This document shows positions 18,920-27,757 of a stretch of DNA of 64,000 nt, piece by piece (positions within the stretch are counted from its first letter, which is position 1; each line of letters begins with the position of its first letter). This DNA comes from Oscillospiraceae bacterium (GTDB lineage: Bacteria; Bacillota; Clostridia; Oscillospirales; Oscillospiraceae): assembly GCA_016293265.1 (NCBI GenBank), contig JAEDEN010000001.1, positions 20,181-84,180 on the forward strand, in the 5' to 3' direction. The position numbers and the translations under genes are program-made. The notes under the pieces are model-generated. The model did not search any database and had not been told where the DNA came from. It worked only from the letters and a program-made list of their open reading frames with translations.

Positions 18920-18961
18920 AAACGCCGGGCGCGCCGCACAAAAGCGGCGCGCCCGGCGTTT
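18920..18961 (-). terminator. Second strong hairpin, probably terminating the htrA-strand transcript
   Basis: AAACGCCGGGCGCGCCGC / GCGGCGCGCCCGGCGTTT. Confidence 0.75.
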
Positions 18962-19117
18962 CAAAGAGATGAAAAAGAGAATTTACAGGAGAGTGAGAAA
19001 GGAGAGAAAAGGAACATCTATTTCAAGCTGTTTCCGCAGGGCTGCCGCATATGGCGCTTTTTGCCTTGCCGCAGCGTCTGCCGCGAAGCGCCCTCAGCCG
19101 CGGGAACAGGGAGTAGA

Positions 19118-20506
19118 TCAGTTGTAGCGGCGGTTGCCGAAGAAATACTCAAAGAGGTCGTAGGGGTTGGTGTAATAGCCGCCGTTGTTCTGGGAATTGC
19201 CCTGGGAGGGCTGCTGCTGGGCGGTGTTGGTCTGCTGGTCGGCAGGCACCGCGCCCCAGGTGACCTCCACGGTGGTGGAGGCGCCGTCACGGTAGATGGT
19301 GAAGGTGGCGGTATCACCGGCGGAATACTGTTTCTTGACCTTGGTGAGGTCCTCCATGGAGGTGATTTCACTGTCGTCGATCTTGGTGATGACGTCGCCC
19401 AGCCTGAGCCCCGCGTCAGCGGCGGCACAGCCCTCCTCCACGGAGTAGACGAACACGCCCTTGGTGATGTTGTAGCGGTACTGGGCGGCCATCTGTTCGG
19501 TCATGGTGCCGCCGGTGATGCCCAGGTAGGGCTTGTTGGTGACATAGCCGTTGGTCATGATGTCCTCAATCATGGCGATGACGTCATTGATGGGGATGGC
19601 GAAGCCCAGGCCCTCCACGGATTCGGTGGCATAGCTGGAATACTTGGCGGAGACGATGCCCACCACCTCACCGTACTGGTTCATGAGGGGGCCGCCGGAG
19701 TTGCCGGGGTTGATGGAGGTATCGGTCTGGATCATGTTGAAGGGGGTGCCGGAGACGTTGATGGTGCGGTTCACACTGGAGACCATACCGCCGCTCATGG
19801 AGAAGGTCAGCTCGCCCAGGGGGTTGCCGATGGCAAGCACCCGGTCGCCCACGTTCAGATTTCCACTGTCGCCCAGGGTCACGCAGGGCAGGTCGCTGGC
19901 GTCAATCTTGACCACGGCGATATCGTAATCCTCATCACCGCCGATGTACGTGGCGTCGAAGGTGTCACCGTTGTAAAGGGTGACTTTGATGGTGCTGGCG
20001 TCCTTCACCACATGGAAGTTGGTGACGATATAGCCGTCCTTGGTAAGGACGAAGCCGGAGCCGGCGGAGGCGGACTCGGTGACCTGGCCGAAGATGTTGG
20101 TGCCGCCGCTGACGGTGGTGTTGATGGAGACAACGCTGTTGACGTTGGCGGCGTAGACCTCCGCGTCGCTCATCAGCTTGCTGTTATCCACGGTATGGGT
20201 CACCACCTCCGCAGCGGGCCGGTTGGAGACATTGACCTGGGTGGTGATCTTTCCGCCGGAGCGGGTGACGCCCCAGGCCACGCCGCCGCCCACCGCACCG
20301 CCAAGCAGTGCGCAGCAAAGGGCCAGGGCGGTGATTTTCATTCCGGTGTGCTGCTTCTTTACAGGCTTCATCTCCTGAATGGGGGGCGGCGTCTGCCGGT
20401 AGGGGTCATAGGAATCGTCACCGGTGCGGGCATCATACCGCTGGCCGGGCTGGACGTCGTCCTGAGAATAGGAGTAATGATAAAGATTCTGATCGTCGTT
20501 ATACAT
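19118..20506 (-). CDS. htrA: HtrA-family membrane serine protease (trypsin + PDZ)
   Basis: TM helix, GSGF, TNFHV, DIAVVK, INPGNSGGPL, GLGFAIP, PDZ domain. Confidence 0.93.
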   Translation of the reverse strand: MYNDDQNLYHYSYSQDDVQPGQRYDARTGDDSYDPYRQTPPPIQEMKPVKKQHTGMKITALALCCALLGGAVGGGVAWGVTRSGGKITTQVNVSNRPAAEVVTHTVDNSKLMSDAEVYAANVNSVVSINTTVSGGTNIFGQVTESASAGSGFVLTKDGYIVTNFHVVKDASTIKVTLYNGDTFDATYIGGDEDYDIAVVKIDASDLPCVTLGDSGNLNVGDRVLAIGNPLGELTFSMSGGMVSSVNRTINVSGTPFNMIQTDTSINPGNSGGPLMNQYGEVVGIVSAKYSSYATESVEGLGFAIPINDVIAMIEDIMTNGYVTNKPYLGITGGTMTEQMAAQYRYNITKGVFVYSVEEGCAAADAGLRLGDVITKIDDSEITSMEDLTKVKKQYSAGDTATFTIYRDGASTTVEVTWGAVPADQQTNTAQQQPSQGNSQNNGGYYTNPYDLFEYFFGNRRYN

Positions 20507-20550
20507 AACATCCTCCTGAGTTTATGCCGTTGTTCCTCTTTTCAGACTTA

Positions 20551-20584
20551 AGGATAACAGCAGAATATGACGAAAATATGAAAA
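20551..20584 (-). promoter_or_regulatory. htrA proximal promoter with 11-bp-period direct repeat
   Basis: Minus strand TTTCAT-N5-CGTCAT-N10-TATCCT with TG extension; includes TTTTCATA. Confidence 0.6.
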
Positions 20585-20633
20585 GGATTTGCATGAATTT
20601 TAAACTTTTGGGGTTCCTTGCTTTGTTACCTGC

Positions 20634-20666
20634 AGTATAGCCGGGGAAGCTTAAAGAAGTCTTAAA
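20634..20666 (-). promoter_or_regulatory. htrA distal promoter with CiaR-type box
   Basis: Minus strand TTTAAG-ACTTC-TTTAAG-N10-TATACT. Confidence 0.7.
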
Positions 20667-20806
20667 GGAGTTTGAACAAAATTTGAAATCCGAGGGGCGC
20701 CGCTCTTTCTCTGCCGGGGTAAATTGTAAATTGGTGTTTCGCTCATGCTGCTTTTGTGGTATGATACCGCTGTGAGAACAGAACCTTCGGAAAGGAGCGG
20801 AACGCT

Positions 20807-22423
20807 TTGCTGAAAATCGAACATATCAAGCTTTCCCCCGGGGCCGGTGCCGCGGAGCTGACAGCGGAGTCGGCACGGATCCTGAAGGTCCGGGAGAAGG
20901 AGGTCATATCGCTGCGCATCCTGCGCCGCAGCATCGACGCCCGGGAGGGCGTTCGCCTGGTTTATACGGTGGAGGCATCGGTGAAGGACGAGGAAAAAGT
21001 GCTGAAGCGCTGCCGCAGCAAAAAGGTAAGCCCCGCGCCCCGGAAGATGGGATATCTCCTGCCCCCTCCCGTGGCAAAAGCGCCGCAGACGCCCCCCGTG
21101 GTGGTGGGGGCGGGGCCCGGGGGGCTCTTTGCAGCGCTGGTGCTGGCCAGAGCCGGCCTTCGCCCCGTTTTGCTGGAGCGGGGCCGCGCCGTGGAGCAGC
21201 GGAAGGAGGACGTGGAGCGCTTCTGGAGCAGCGGACTGCTGGATCTTACCTCCAACGTCCAGTTTGGAGAGGGGGGTGCCGGCGCCTTTTCCGATGGTAA
21301 GCTCAATACCGGCACCCGGGATATCCGCCACCGTTTCATTCTGGAAGAGCTGGTGGCCTGCGGCGCCCCGGAGGAGATTTTGATCGACGCAAAGCCCCAT
21401 GTGGGTACGGACTATCTCCATATCGTCTTGAAGAACCTGCGCGCCCGGCTCATTTCCCTGGGGGCGGACATCCGTTTTGAAAGCAGGCTGGCGGACATCG
21501 AGGCGGAACAGGGCTGCCTCACCGCTGTCACGGTGGAGGGGAAGGAGGGCGCTTACCGCCTGCCCTGCCGCCGGCTTATCCTCTGTCCCGGCCATTCCGC
21601 CCGGGATACCTTTGAGATGCTCCGCCGCCGGGGCGTCCCCATGGAGGCCAAGCCCTTTGCCGTGGGCGTGCGCATCGAGCAGCTCCAAAGGGACTGCGAC
21701 GCAGCCCAATATAAGGAGTACGCCGGACATCCCGGTCTGCCCGCCTCTACCTATCAGCTCTCCTGCCACCTCGATAACGGCCGGGCGGCCTTTTCCTTCT
21801 GCGTTTGTCCCGGCGGGGAGGTGGTGGCCGCCGCGTCGGAGGAAAACCGCCTTGTCACCAACGGTATGAGCGAATTTGCCCGGGACCGTGAGAATATCAA
21901 CGGCGCGCTGCTGGTGAACGTCACCCCGGAGGATTATGGGGGAGAGAAGGATCCCCTTGCCGGCATCGCGTTCCAAAGGGCGATGGAGGAGGCGGCCTAC
22001 CGGCTGGGAGGCGGCGGCTACAGGGCCCCTGCCCAGCGGGTGGAGGATTTTCTCCAAAGACGCCCCTCCCAAGGGCCCGGCCGCGTGATTCCCAGCTACC
22101 GGCCCGGTGTGAAATGGACAAACCTCTGGGAGTGCCTGCCCGGCTTTGTGGCGGAGACCATTGCCCAGGCCCTGCCTGTTTTTGGGGGGAAGCTCCGGGG
22201 CTATGACCAGCCCGACGCCGTTTTGACGGCGGTGGAGAGCCGCAGCTCTTCCCCTATCCGCATCCCCCGGGATGAGAGCTGCCAGTCCGCCATCCGTGGC
22301 CTGTACCCCTGCGGCGAAGGGGCGGGCTATGCCGGAGGCATCCTTTCCGCCGCGGCGGACGGGATGCGCGCCGCCGAAGCCGTCTGCAAAACATATCAGG
22401 AGGAAGCAAGTCATGAGCCGTGA
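20807..22423 (+). CDS. Uncharacterised FAD-dependent dehydrogenase/oxidoreductase
   Basis: GAGPGG, FGEGGAGAFSDGKL, KPHVGTD, FCVCPGG, GEGAGYAGGI; TTG start with AAGGAG. Confidence 0.88.
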   Translation: MLKIEHIKLSPGAGAAELTAESARILKVREKEVISLRILRRSIDAREGVRLVYTVEASVKDEEKVLKRCRSKKVSPAPRKMGYLLPPPVAKAPQTPPVVVGAGPGGLFAALVLARAGLRPVLLERGRAVEQRKEDVERFWSSGLLDLTSNVQFGEGGAGAFSDGKLNTGTRDIRHRFILEELVACGAPEEILIDAKPHVGTDYLHIVLKNLRARLISLGADIRFESRLADIEAEQGCLTAVTVEGKEGAYRLPCRRLILCPGHSARDTFEMLRRRGVPMEAKPFAVGVRIEQLQRDCDAAQYKEYAGHPGLPASTYQLSCHLDNGRAAFSFCVCPGGEVVAAASEENRLVTNGMSEFARDRENINGALLVNVTPEDYGGEKDPLAGIAFQRAMEEAAYRLGGGGYRAPAQRVEDFLQRRPSQGPGRVIPSYRPGVKWTNLWECLPGFVAETIAQALPVFGGKLRGYDQPDAVLTAVESRSSSPIRIPRDESCQSAIRGLYPCGEGAGYAGGILSAAADGMRAAEAVCKTYQEEASHEP

Positions 22424-23387
22424 TATCTGTATCTACCAGGAATTTTTGACCCCCGCCCATCAGGAGGCCATCAGGGCCGCTGCCGGCGAGACCGGCTTTA
22501 CCCCACACTTCTTCACGCTGGACCAGTTTGACCAGGCCCGGGAGTGCCTGCAGCACTGCGAGGTCCTTTACGCCCACAGTGTGGACCTGCTCCGCGCCGC
22601 CCCCGAAACCCTGAAGTGGTACTGCTGCTCCTTCGCGGGGGTGGACCCCTACTGCCAGGACGACGGCATCTTTAAAAACCCGGACTGCCTTCTCACCAAC
22701 TCCAATGTCTACGGTGTTACCATCGCCGAGCACGTGGTGATGGTGACGCTGATGCTTCTGCGCCGGATGCCGGAGTATGAGGCGGTGGTCCGTGAGCGCG
22801 GCTGGTCCAACCAGCTTCCCATCCGTTCCATCCGGGACAATGAATTCACCATCCTGGGCACCGGCAACATCGGAAACCATGTGGCGGAGCGGATGCGGGG
22901 CATGGGCGCCGCGAGAATCACCGGCCTCAGCCGCAGCGGACGGGCCCGGGAGGGGATTTACGATGAAGTCCTGCCCATTTCGGAGCTGGACCGGGTTCTT
23001 CCCCGGACGAAAATATTGGTGATGGCCCTTCCCGGTACGGCGGAGACCATCCATATCCTGAATCGCCGGCGCATCGCCCTCCTGCCCGGGGATGCCTATG
23101 TCATCAACGTGGGCCGGGGTACCGCCATTGACCAGGCGGCCTTGAAGGAGGCGCTGGACGGCGGAAAGCTTGCCGGAGCCGCCCTGGACGTCATGGCCCC
23201 CGAGCCGCTGCCCAAGGACGATCCCCTGTGGGGGACGAAGAATCTTATCCTGACGCCCCATGTCTCCGGAAACATGACACTGGGTTACACCTGTAATGAA
23301 AACGTGCGCCTTTTCTGCGAGGATCTGAAAAATTACGCCGCGGGCCGTCCTCTGAATGGCTGCGTGGACCGCAAGAAGGGCTATTGA
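22413..23387 (+). CDS. D-2-hydroxyacid dehydrogenase family
   Basis: GTGNIG, INVGRG, ALDV..PEPL, TPHVSG; start after GGAGG. Confidence 0.9.
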   Translation: MSRDICIYQEFLTPAHQEAIRAAAGETGFTPHFFTLDQFDQARECLQHCEVLYAHSVDLLRAAPETLKWYCCSFAGVDPYCQDDGIFKNPDCLLTNSNVYGVTIAEHVVMVTLMLLRRMPEYEAVVRERGWSNQLPIRSIRDNEFTILGTGNIGNHVAERMRGMGAARITGLSRSGRAREGIYDEVLPISELDRVLPRTKILVMALPGTAETIHILNRRRIALLPGDAYVINVGRGTAIDQAALKEALDGGKLAGAALDVMAPEPLPKDDPLWGTKNLILTPHVSGNMTLGYTCNENVRLFCEDLKNYAAGRPLNGCVDRKKGY

Positions 23388-23474
23388 GAACCGCCGGCCC
23401 CGGCGGCCCCTGGAGGCAGACGGGGACAGAGGTATCCCAAAAGGAACCAATATCAGATATGGAGAGAACTTCCT

Positions 23475-24650
23475 ATGGAAAATTTCACTTTTTATGCACC
23501 TACCCTCTTCGCCTTTGGTGATGGGGAGGAAAAAAACACCGGCGCGTTGGTGCGCCGTTTCGGCGGCACGAAGGTGCTGCTGGTTTTCGGCGGCGGCAGT
23601 GTGAAAAAGAGCGGTGCCTATGACGCCGTGACGGCCTCCCTGGAACAAGCGGGGCTTCCCTTCGTGGAGCTTTCCGGCATCCAGCCCAATCCCCGCAGCG
23701 GCAAGGTCTACGAGGGCATCTCCCTGGCCCGGGCGGAACAGGTGGATTTCCTGCTGGCTCTGGGCGGCGGCAGCGTGATCGACACGGCCAAGGCCATCGC
23801 CATGGGCGTGCCCTATGAGGGGGACTTCTGGGACCTCTTTACCGGAGTCGCCCCTATCCGGGATCCTCTGCCCCTTGGAACCGTGCTCACCATTTCCGCC
23901 GCGGGCAGCGAGGGAAGCGGCAACTGCGTCATCACGAAGGAGGAGGGCAACCTCAAATGGGGCAGCCCCAAGTCCGATGACCTGCGCCCCCGCTTCTCCG
24001 TGCTGAATCCCCGCTTCACTTGCACCCTCCCGCCCTACCAGACCGCCTGCGGAGCAGTGGATATGCTGGCCCACATCTGCGAGCGGTATTTTTCCAATAC
24101 CCCCGACGTTGCCCTTACCGACCGCCTTTGCGAGGCGCTGATGAAGACCATCATCGAAGCCGCTCCCAGGGCGCTGGAGCACCCGGCGGACTATGCCGCC
24201 CGGGCTGACCTCATGTGGGCGGGGATGCTGGCCCACAACAACTCCTGCGGCGTGGGCCGCAGGCAGGACTGGGCCAGCCACCAGATCGGCCATGAGCTTT
24301 CCGCCTTCTATGACTGTGCCCACGGCGCCAGCCTTGCCGTGGTACTGCCCGCCTGGATGAGCTATGTCATGCCCACCAATCCCGCCCGCTTTGCCCGCTT
24401 CGCCGTGGAGGTCTTTGGCTGTGAGATGGACCCTCTGAATGTGGAGCGCACCGCCAAGGAGGGCATCAAGCGCCTCAAGAGCTTTTTCCGCATCCTTGGG
24501 ATGCCCGTGACGCTGGGAGAGCTGGGTGCAAAAACGGAGGATGTCCCAAATCTGGTGATCCACCGGGCGGAAAAGGGGTTCCCCTTCGGCAGCTTCCTAG
24601 AGATCGGCCCCGCCCAGATGGTGGATATTTTGCTGCTGGCCGAGGAATGA
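23475..24650 (+). CDS. Iron-containing alcohol (butanol-type) dehydrogenase
   Basis: GGGSVK, PNP, GGGSVIDTAK, GSE, DWASHQIGHE..H. Confidence 0.92.
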   Translation: MENFTFYAPTLFAFGDGEEKNTGALVRRFGGTKVLLVFGGGSVKKSGAYDAVTASLEQAGLPFVELSGIQPNPRSGKVYEGISLARAEQVDFLLALGGGSVIDTAKAIAMGVPYEGDFWDLFTGVAPIRDPLPLGTVLTISAAGSEGSGNCVITKEEGNLKWGSPKSDDLRPRFSVLNPRFTCTLPPYQTACGAVDMLAHICERYFSNTPDVALTDRLCEALMKTIIEAAPRALEHPADYAARADLMWAGMLAHNNSCGVGRRQDWASHQIGHELSAFYDCAHGASLAVVLPAWMSYVMPTNPARFARFAVEVFGCEMDPLNVERTAKEGIKRLKSFFRILGMPVTLGELGAKTEDVPNLVIHRAEKGFPFGSFLEIGPAQMVDILLLAEE

Positions 24651-24706
24651 CGGGCCGGCAGGGCGCGCAAGGCGCCTGAAAACCATCGAAAAGGAGTTGA
24701 TTTCTC

Positions 24707-25789
24707 ATGGGTAAGCGTGTCCTTGTGGCCATGAGCGGCGGTGTGGATTCCTCCGTCACCGCCTGGTTGCTGCAGCAGCAGGGCTATGAGTGCGTGGGCG
24801 CCACCATGAAGCTCTATGACAGCGAAATGTCCCTTCCCGGCAGCAACACCTGCTGCGCGTTGGATGATGTGGAGGACGCCCGGCAGGTGGCCCGCCGCCT
24901 GGGGATTCCCCATTATGTGTTCAATTTCCAGGAGGAATTCGACCGCCATGTCATCCGCAATTTTGCGGAGGTCTATGCCCGGGGGGATACCCCCAACCCC
25001 TGTATCCAGTGCAACCGTTACCTGAAATTCGGAAAGCTTCTCCACCGGGCACGGGAGCTTGGCATCGACTATGTCGCAACGGGCCACTACGCCCGCATCC
25101 TTCACCTTCCCTCCGGCCGCTGGGCATTGCAGAAGGGGGCCGAGGCCGCCCGGGACCAAAGCTATGTCCTTGCCTGCATGACCCAGGATGAACTGGCCCA
25201 TACCCTCTTCCCCCTTGCAGAGCTTCCCAAGGCGGAGGTGCGCCGCATCGCTGAGGAGCAGGGCTTCTGCAACGCTCACAAGCATGATAGTCAGGACATC
25301 TGTTTTGTGCCGGATGGCGACTATGTTGGCTTTTTAGAACGATATAATGGACAAAAATACGAGCCCGGCCCCATCGTAGACCTTCAGGGCAAGGTCCTGG
25401 GCACCCACAGGGGCGCCATCCGCTATACCCTGGGCCAGCGCAAGGGCCTTGGCGTCAGCGCGGCGGAGCCGCTGTATGTGTGCGGCAAATCCATGACGGA
25501 AAATACCGTCACCGTGGCCCCGGAGTCAGCCCTGTTTCGCCGCAGCCTGGTGGCGGAGGACCTGAACTGGGGAGCCATTCCCGGCCTGGAGGGTCCCACC
25601 GGCGTTATGGCAAAGGTCCGTTACCGCCACACGGAACAGCCCGCCGTGGCGGAAATGCTGCCGGACGGCCGGATGAAAGTCACCTTTGACCAGCCCCAGC
25701 GGGCCATCACCACCGGCCAGGCCCTGGTGCTCTACCAGGGCGAGACCGTCCTTGCTGCCGGCACCATTGCGGCGGTGATGGAAGAATAA
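24707..25789 (+). CDS. mnmA: tRNA-specific 2-thiouridylase MnmA
   Basis: AMSGGVDSS, TPNPCIQCN, ATGHYA, DQSY, SQDICF. Confidence 0.96.
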   Translation: MGKRVLVAMSGGVDSSVTAWLLQQQGYECVGATMKLYDSEMSLPGSNTCCALDDVEDARQVARRLGIPHYVFNFQEEFDRHVIRNFAEVYARGDTPNPCIQCNRYLKFGKLLHRARELGIDYVATGHYARILHLPSGRWALQKGAEAARDQSYVLACMTQDELAHTLFPLAELPKAEVRRIAEEQGFCNAHKHDSQDICFVPDGDYVGFLERYNGQKYEPGPIVDLQGKVLGTHRGAIRYTLGQRKGLGVSAAEPLYVCGKSMTENTVTVAPESALFRRSLVAEDLNWGAIPGLEGPTGVMAKVRYRHTEQPAVAEMLPDGRMKVTFDQPQRAITTGQALVLYQGETVLAAGTIAAVMEE

Positions 25790-25800
25790 GGAGGGGAAGC

Positions 25801-26853
25801 ATGGCGAAAAAGCGGTTGGCGGAGCTTTCTTACCTCAATTTGCTGCTGTGCCTGCTGGTGATCTTCATCCACGTCAGCGCCGAGCCGGTTTCACGGCTGA
25901 ACCGTGATTCCCTGCAGTATCTGGTGGTCATGGTGCCCTGGCGGCTTTCCGCCTTCGTGGTGCAGGGGTTCTTTTTCCTCTCGGGAGTGAAGCTCCGCCT
26001 TGGGGCAAAAGAGCCCTTCGACGCACCGCGCTTCTGGCTGCGGCGGGTACGGACCGTGGTGCTGCCCTATGTGGGGTGGGTGTTCCTTTACTACTGCTGG
26101 TTTTGCCGTCACGGGTATTTCCCCTTCCGCTGGGGGGACCTGGGGGGCTATCTCCTGCGGGGCGATCTGGTGAGCCCCTTCTATTTTGTGGTCACCATTG
26201 TGCAGTTTTACCTGTTGGCGCCCCTCTTCCTCCGGGCTGTGGAGCGGCTCCGGCCCGCCCTTTTGCTGGCAGGGTCATTGGCGGTGATGGTGGTCCTTTG
26301 GAAAGGTTTGCCCCAATTGCTGCGCCTTGCCTCCATCTGCGAGGATTTCCGCTATACCGACCGGGTATTTACCACATACCTGTTCTATTTCACCGCCGGA
26401 TGCGTGGCGGGAAAGCACTATGCCGCCTTCTGCGCCTGGCTGCGGAAAAGAAGACTGCCGCTGTGCCTGGCCTTTGGGCTCCTTGGGGTGGGAGACGTGT
26501 GGATCTACGGAAGGCTTTTGCCCGTGGTGGGAGGCTTTTTCGCAGACCTCTTCCACATGGGGTACTGTGTGGCGGCCATAGCGGCGCTGCTGTCCCTTGG
26601 CCTCCTTCTGGCGGAGCGTGGGATGCCTCCCGCTGCGGCGGCCATGGACGCGGTGACCTATCCCGTGTTTTTGTGCCATTCCCTCATCATTTTCTGGCTG
26701 AATGACAAGATGACCGCCCTTGGCCTCTGTGACCTGGCGTACCGCTTTTTGCTGCGCACTGTTGTAGTCTATCCCACGGCCTTTGCCCTCTGCCTTCTCT
26801 GGAGGAGAGGGAAGGCCTGGCTCAAAATGAGATGGGAAGGCAGAAACAGGTGA
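25801..26853 (+). CDS. Acyltransferase family 3 membrane protein
   Basis: VIFIH, FFFLSG, FYFV.TIVQFY, about ten TM helices. Confidence 0.8.
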   Translation: MAKKRLAELSYLNLLLCLLVIFIHVSAEPVSRLNRDSLQYLVVMVPWRLSAFVVQGFFFLSGVKLRLGAKEPFDAPRFWLRRVRTVVLPYVGWVFLYYCWFCRHGYFPFRWGDLGGYLLRGDLVSPFYFVVTIVQFYLLAPLFLRAVERLRPALLLAGSLAVMVVLWKGLPQLLRLASICEDFRYTDRVFTTYLFYFTAGCVAGKHYAAFCAWLRKRRLPLCLAFGLLGVGDVWIYGRLLPVVGGFFADLFHMGYCVAAIAALLSLGLLLAERGMPPAAAAMDAVTYPVFLCHSLIIFWLNDKMTALGLCDLAYRFLLRTVVVYPTAFALCLLWRRGKAWLKMRWEGRNR

Positions 26854-26907
26854 AAAGGCCGGGGGCGCCGGAAAGGATTGAACCCGGGGAAAAGCTGTAC
26901 CGCGCAT

Positions 26908-26936
26908 AAAAAAACCGCCCGGCGGGCGGTTTTTTT
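26908..26936. terminator. Bidirectional terminator between convergent genes
   Basis: AAAAAAACCGCCC / GGGCGGTTTTTTT. Confidence 0.85.
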
Positions 26937-27757
26937 CAGTTCTTTCGGAACACATGGATGCGGAAGGCGATGCGGGTGGTCAGCGTGTCCAGGGCGGCCA
27001 GGCGCTCCGCTCCCTCCTTGGGGGTCTTCCAGTAGTAAGGGGTCATTTGGAACAGGGCATGGATATCCGCCTGGCAGGGGAGGGTGATGACGGCATCCAC
27101 GGGGACGATGGCCTCATAGGCAAAGCCCTCGTAGGGAGTCTCCTTCTCCTCGTTGGGGTAAGGATGCTGGTAGAGGATCTCCTTCAGCTCCCAAAGATGC
27201 TCCGCCGCCGGGACAACATAGAGGAACGTGCCGCCGGGCTTCAATACCCGCCGGAATTCCTCCAGCGCCAGGGGGGAGAAGCAGTTTAAAAGCAGGTCGA
27301 TGCTCTCGTCCCTGACCGGCAGGCGGTAGGAGGAGGCCACGGCGAATTCAATCTGCTTTTCCCGCTTGGCCGCGTGGCGGAGGATGAACTTGGAGATGTC
27401 GGTCCCCGCCATCACCGGCTGCCGTCCGGCGGAGCGGAGGGCTTCATATACCCCGGCGGTATAATACCCCTCGCCGCAGCCGGTATCCAGCAGGGCTGCC
27501 CCCTCTTGCGTGTGGGAGAGGGAGAGGGCGCACAGGGCGTCCCTCAGGGGGCGGTAATAGTCCTTGGAGAGGAACTCCCGCCTTGCCGCCGCCATGCCCT
27601 TGTCATCTCCGGGGGCGGCGGAGTGCTTTTGATTGGGGGGCAGAAGGTAGGTGTAGCCCTCTTTGGAAATATCAAAGCTATGGCCCTGTGGGCAGCGGTA
27701 GGCCTCCCGGCCCCGCTCCAGCGGCGCGGTGCAGACCGGACAGCGGAAAAGGCTCAT
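26936..27757 (-). CDS. RlmA-like 23S rRNA (guanine-N1)-methyltransferase
   Basis: N-terminal CPVC...C..H.FD zinc finger, DTGCGEGYY, QMTPY. Confidence 0.85.
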   Translation of the reverse strand: MSLFRCPVCTAPLERGREAYRCPQGHSFDISKEGYTYLLPPNQKHSAAPGDDKGMAAARREFLSKDYYRPLRDALCALSLSHTQEGAALLDTGCGEGYYTAGVYEALRSAGRQPVMAGTDISKFILRHAAKREKQIEFAVASSYRLPVRDESIDLLLNCFSPLALEEFRRVLKPGGTFLYVVPAAEHLWELKEILYQHPYPNEEKETPYEGFAYEAIVPVDAVITLPCQADIHALFQMTPYYWKTPKEGAERLAALDTLTTRIAFRIHVFRKN

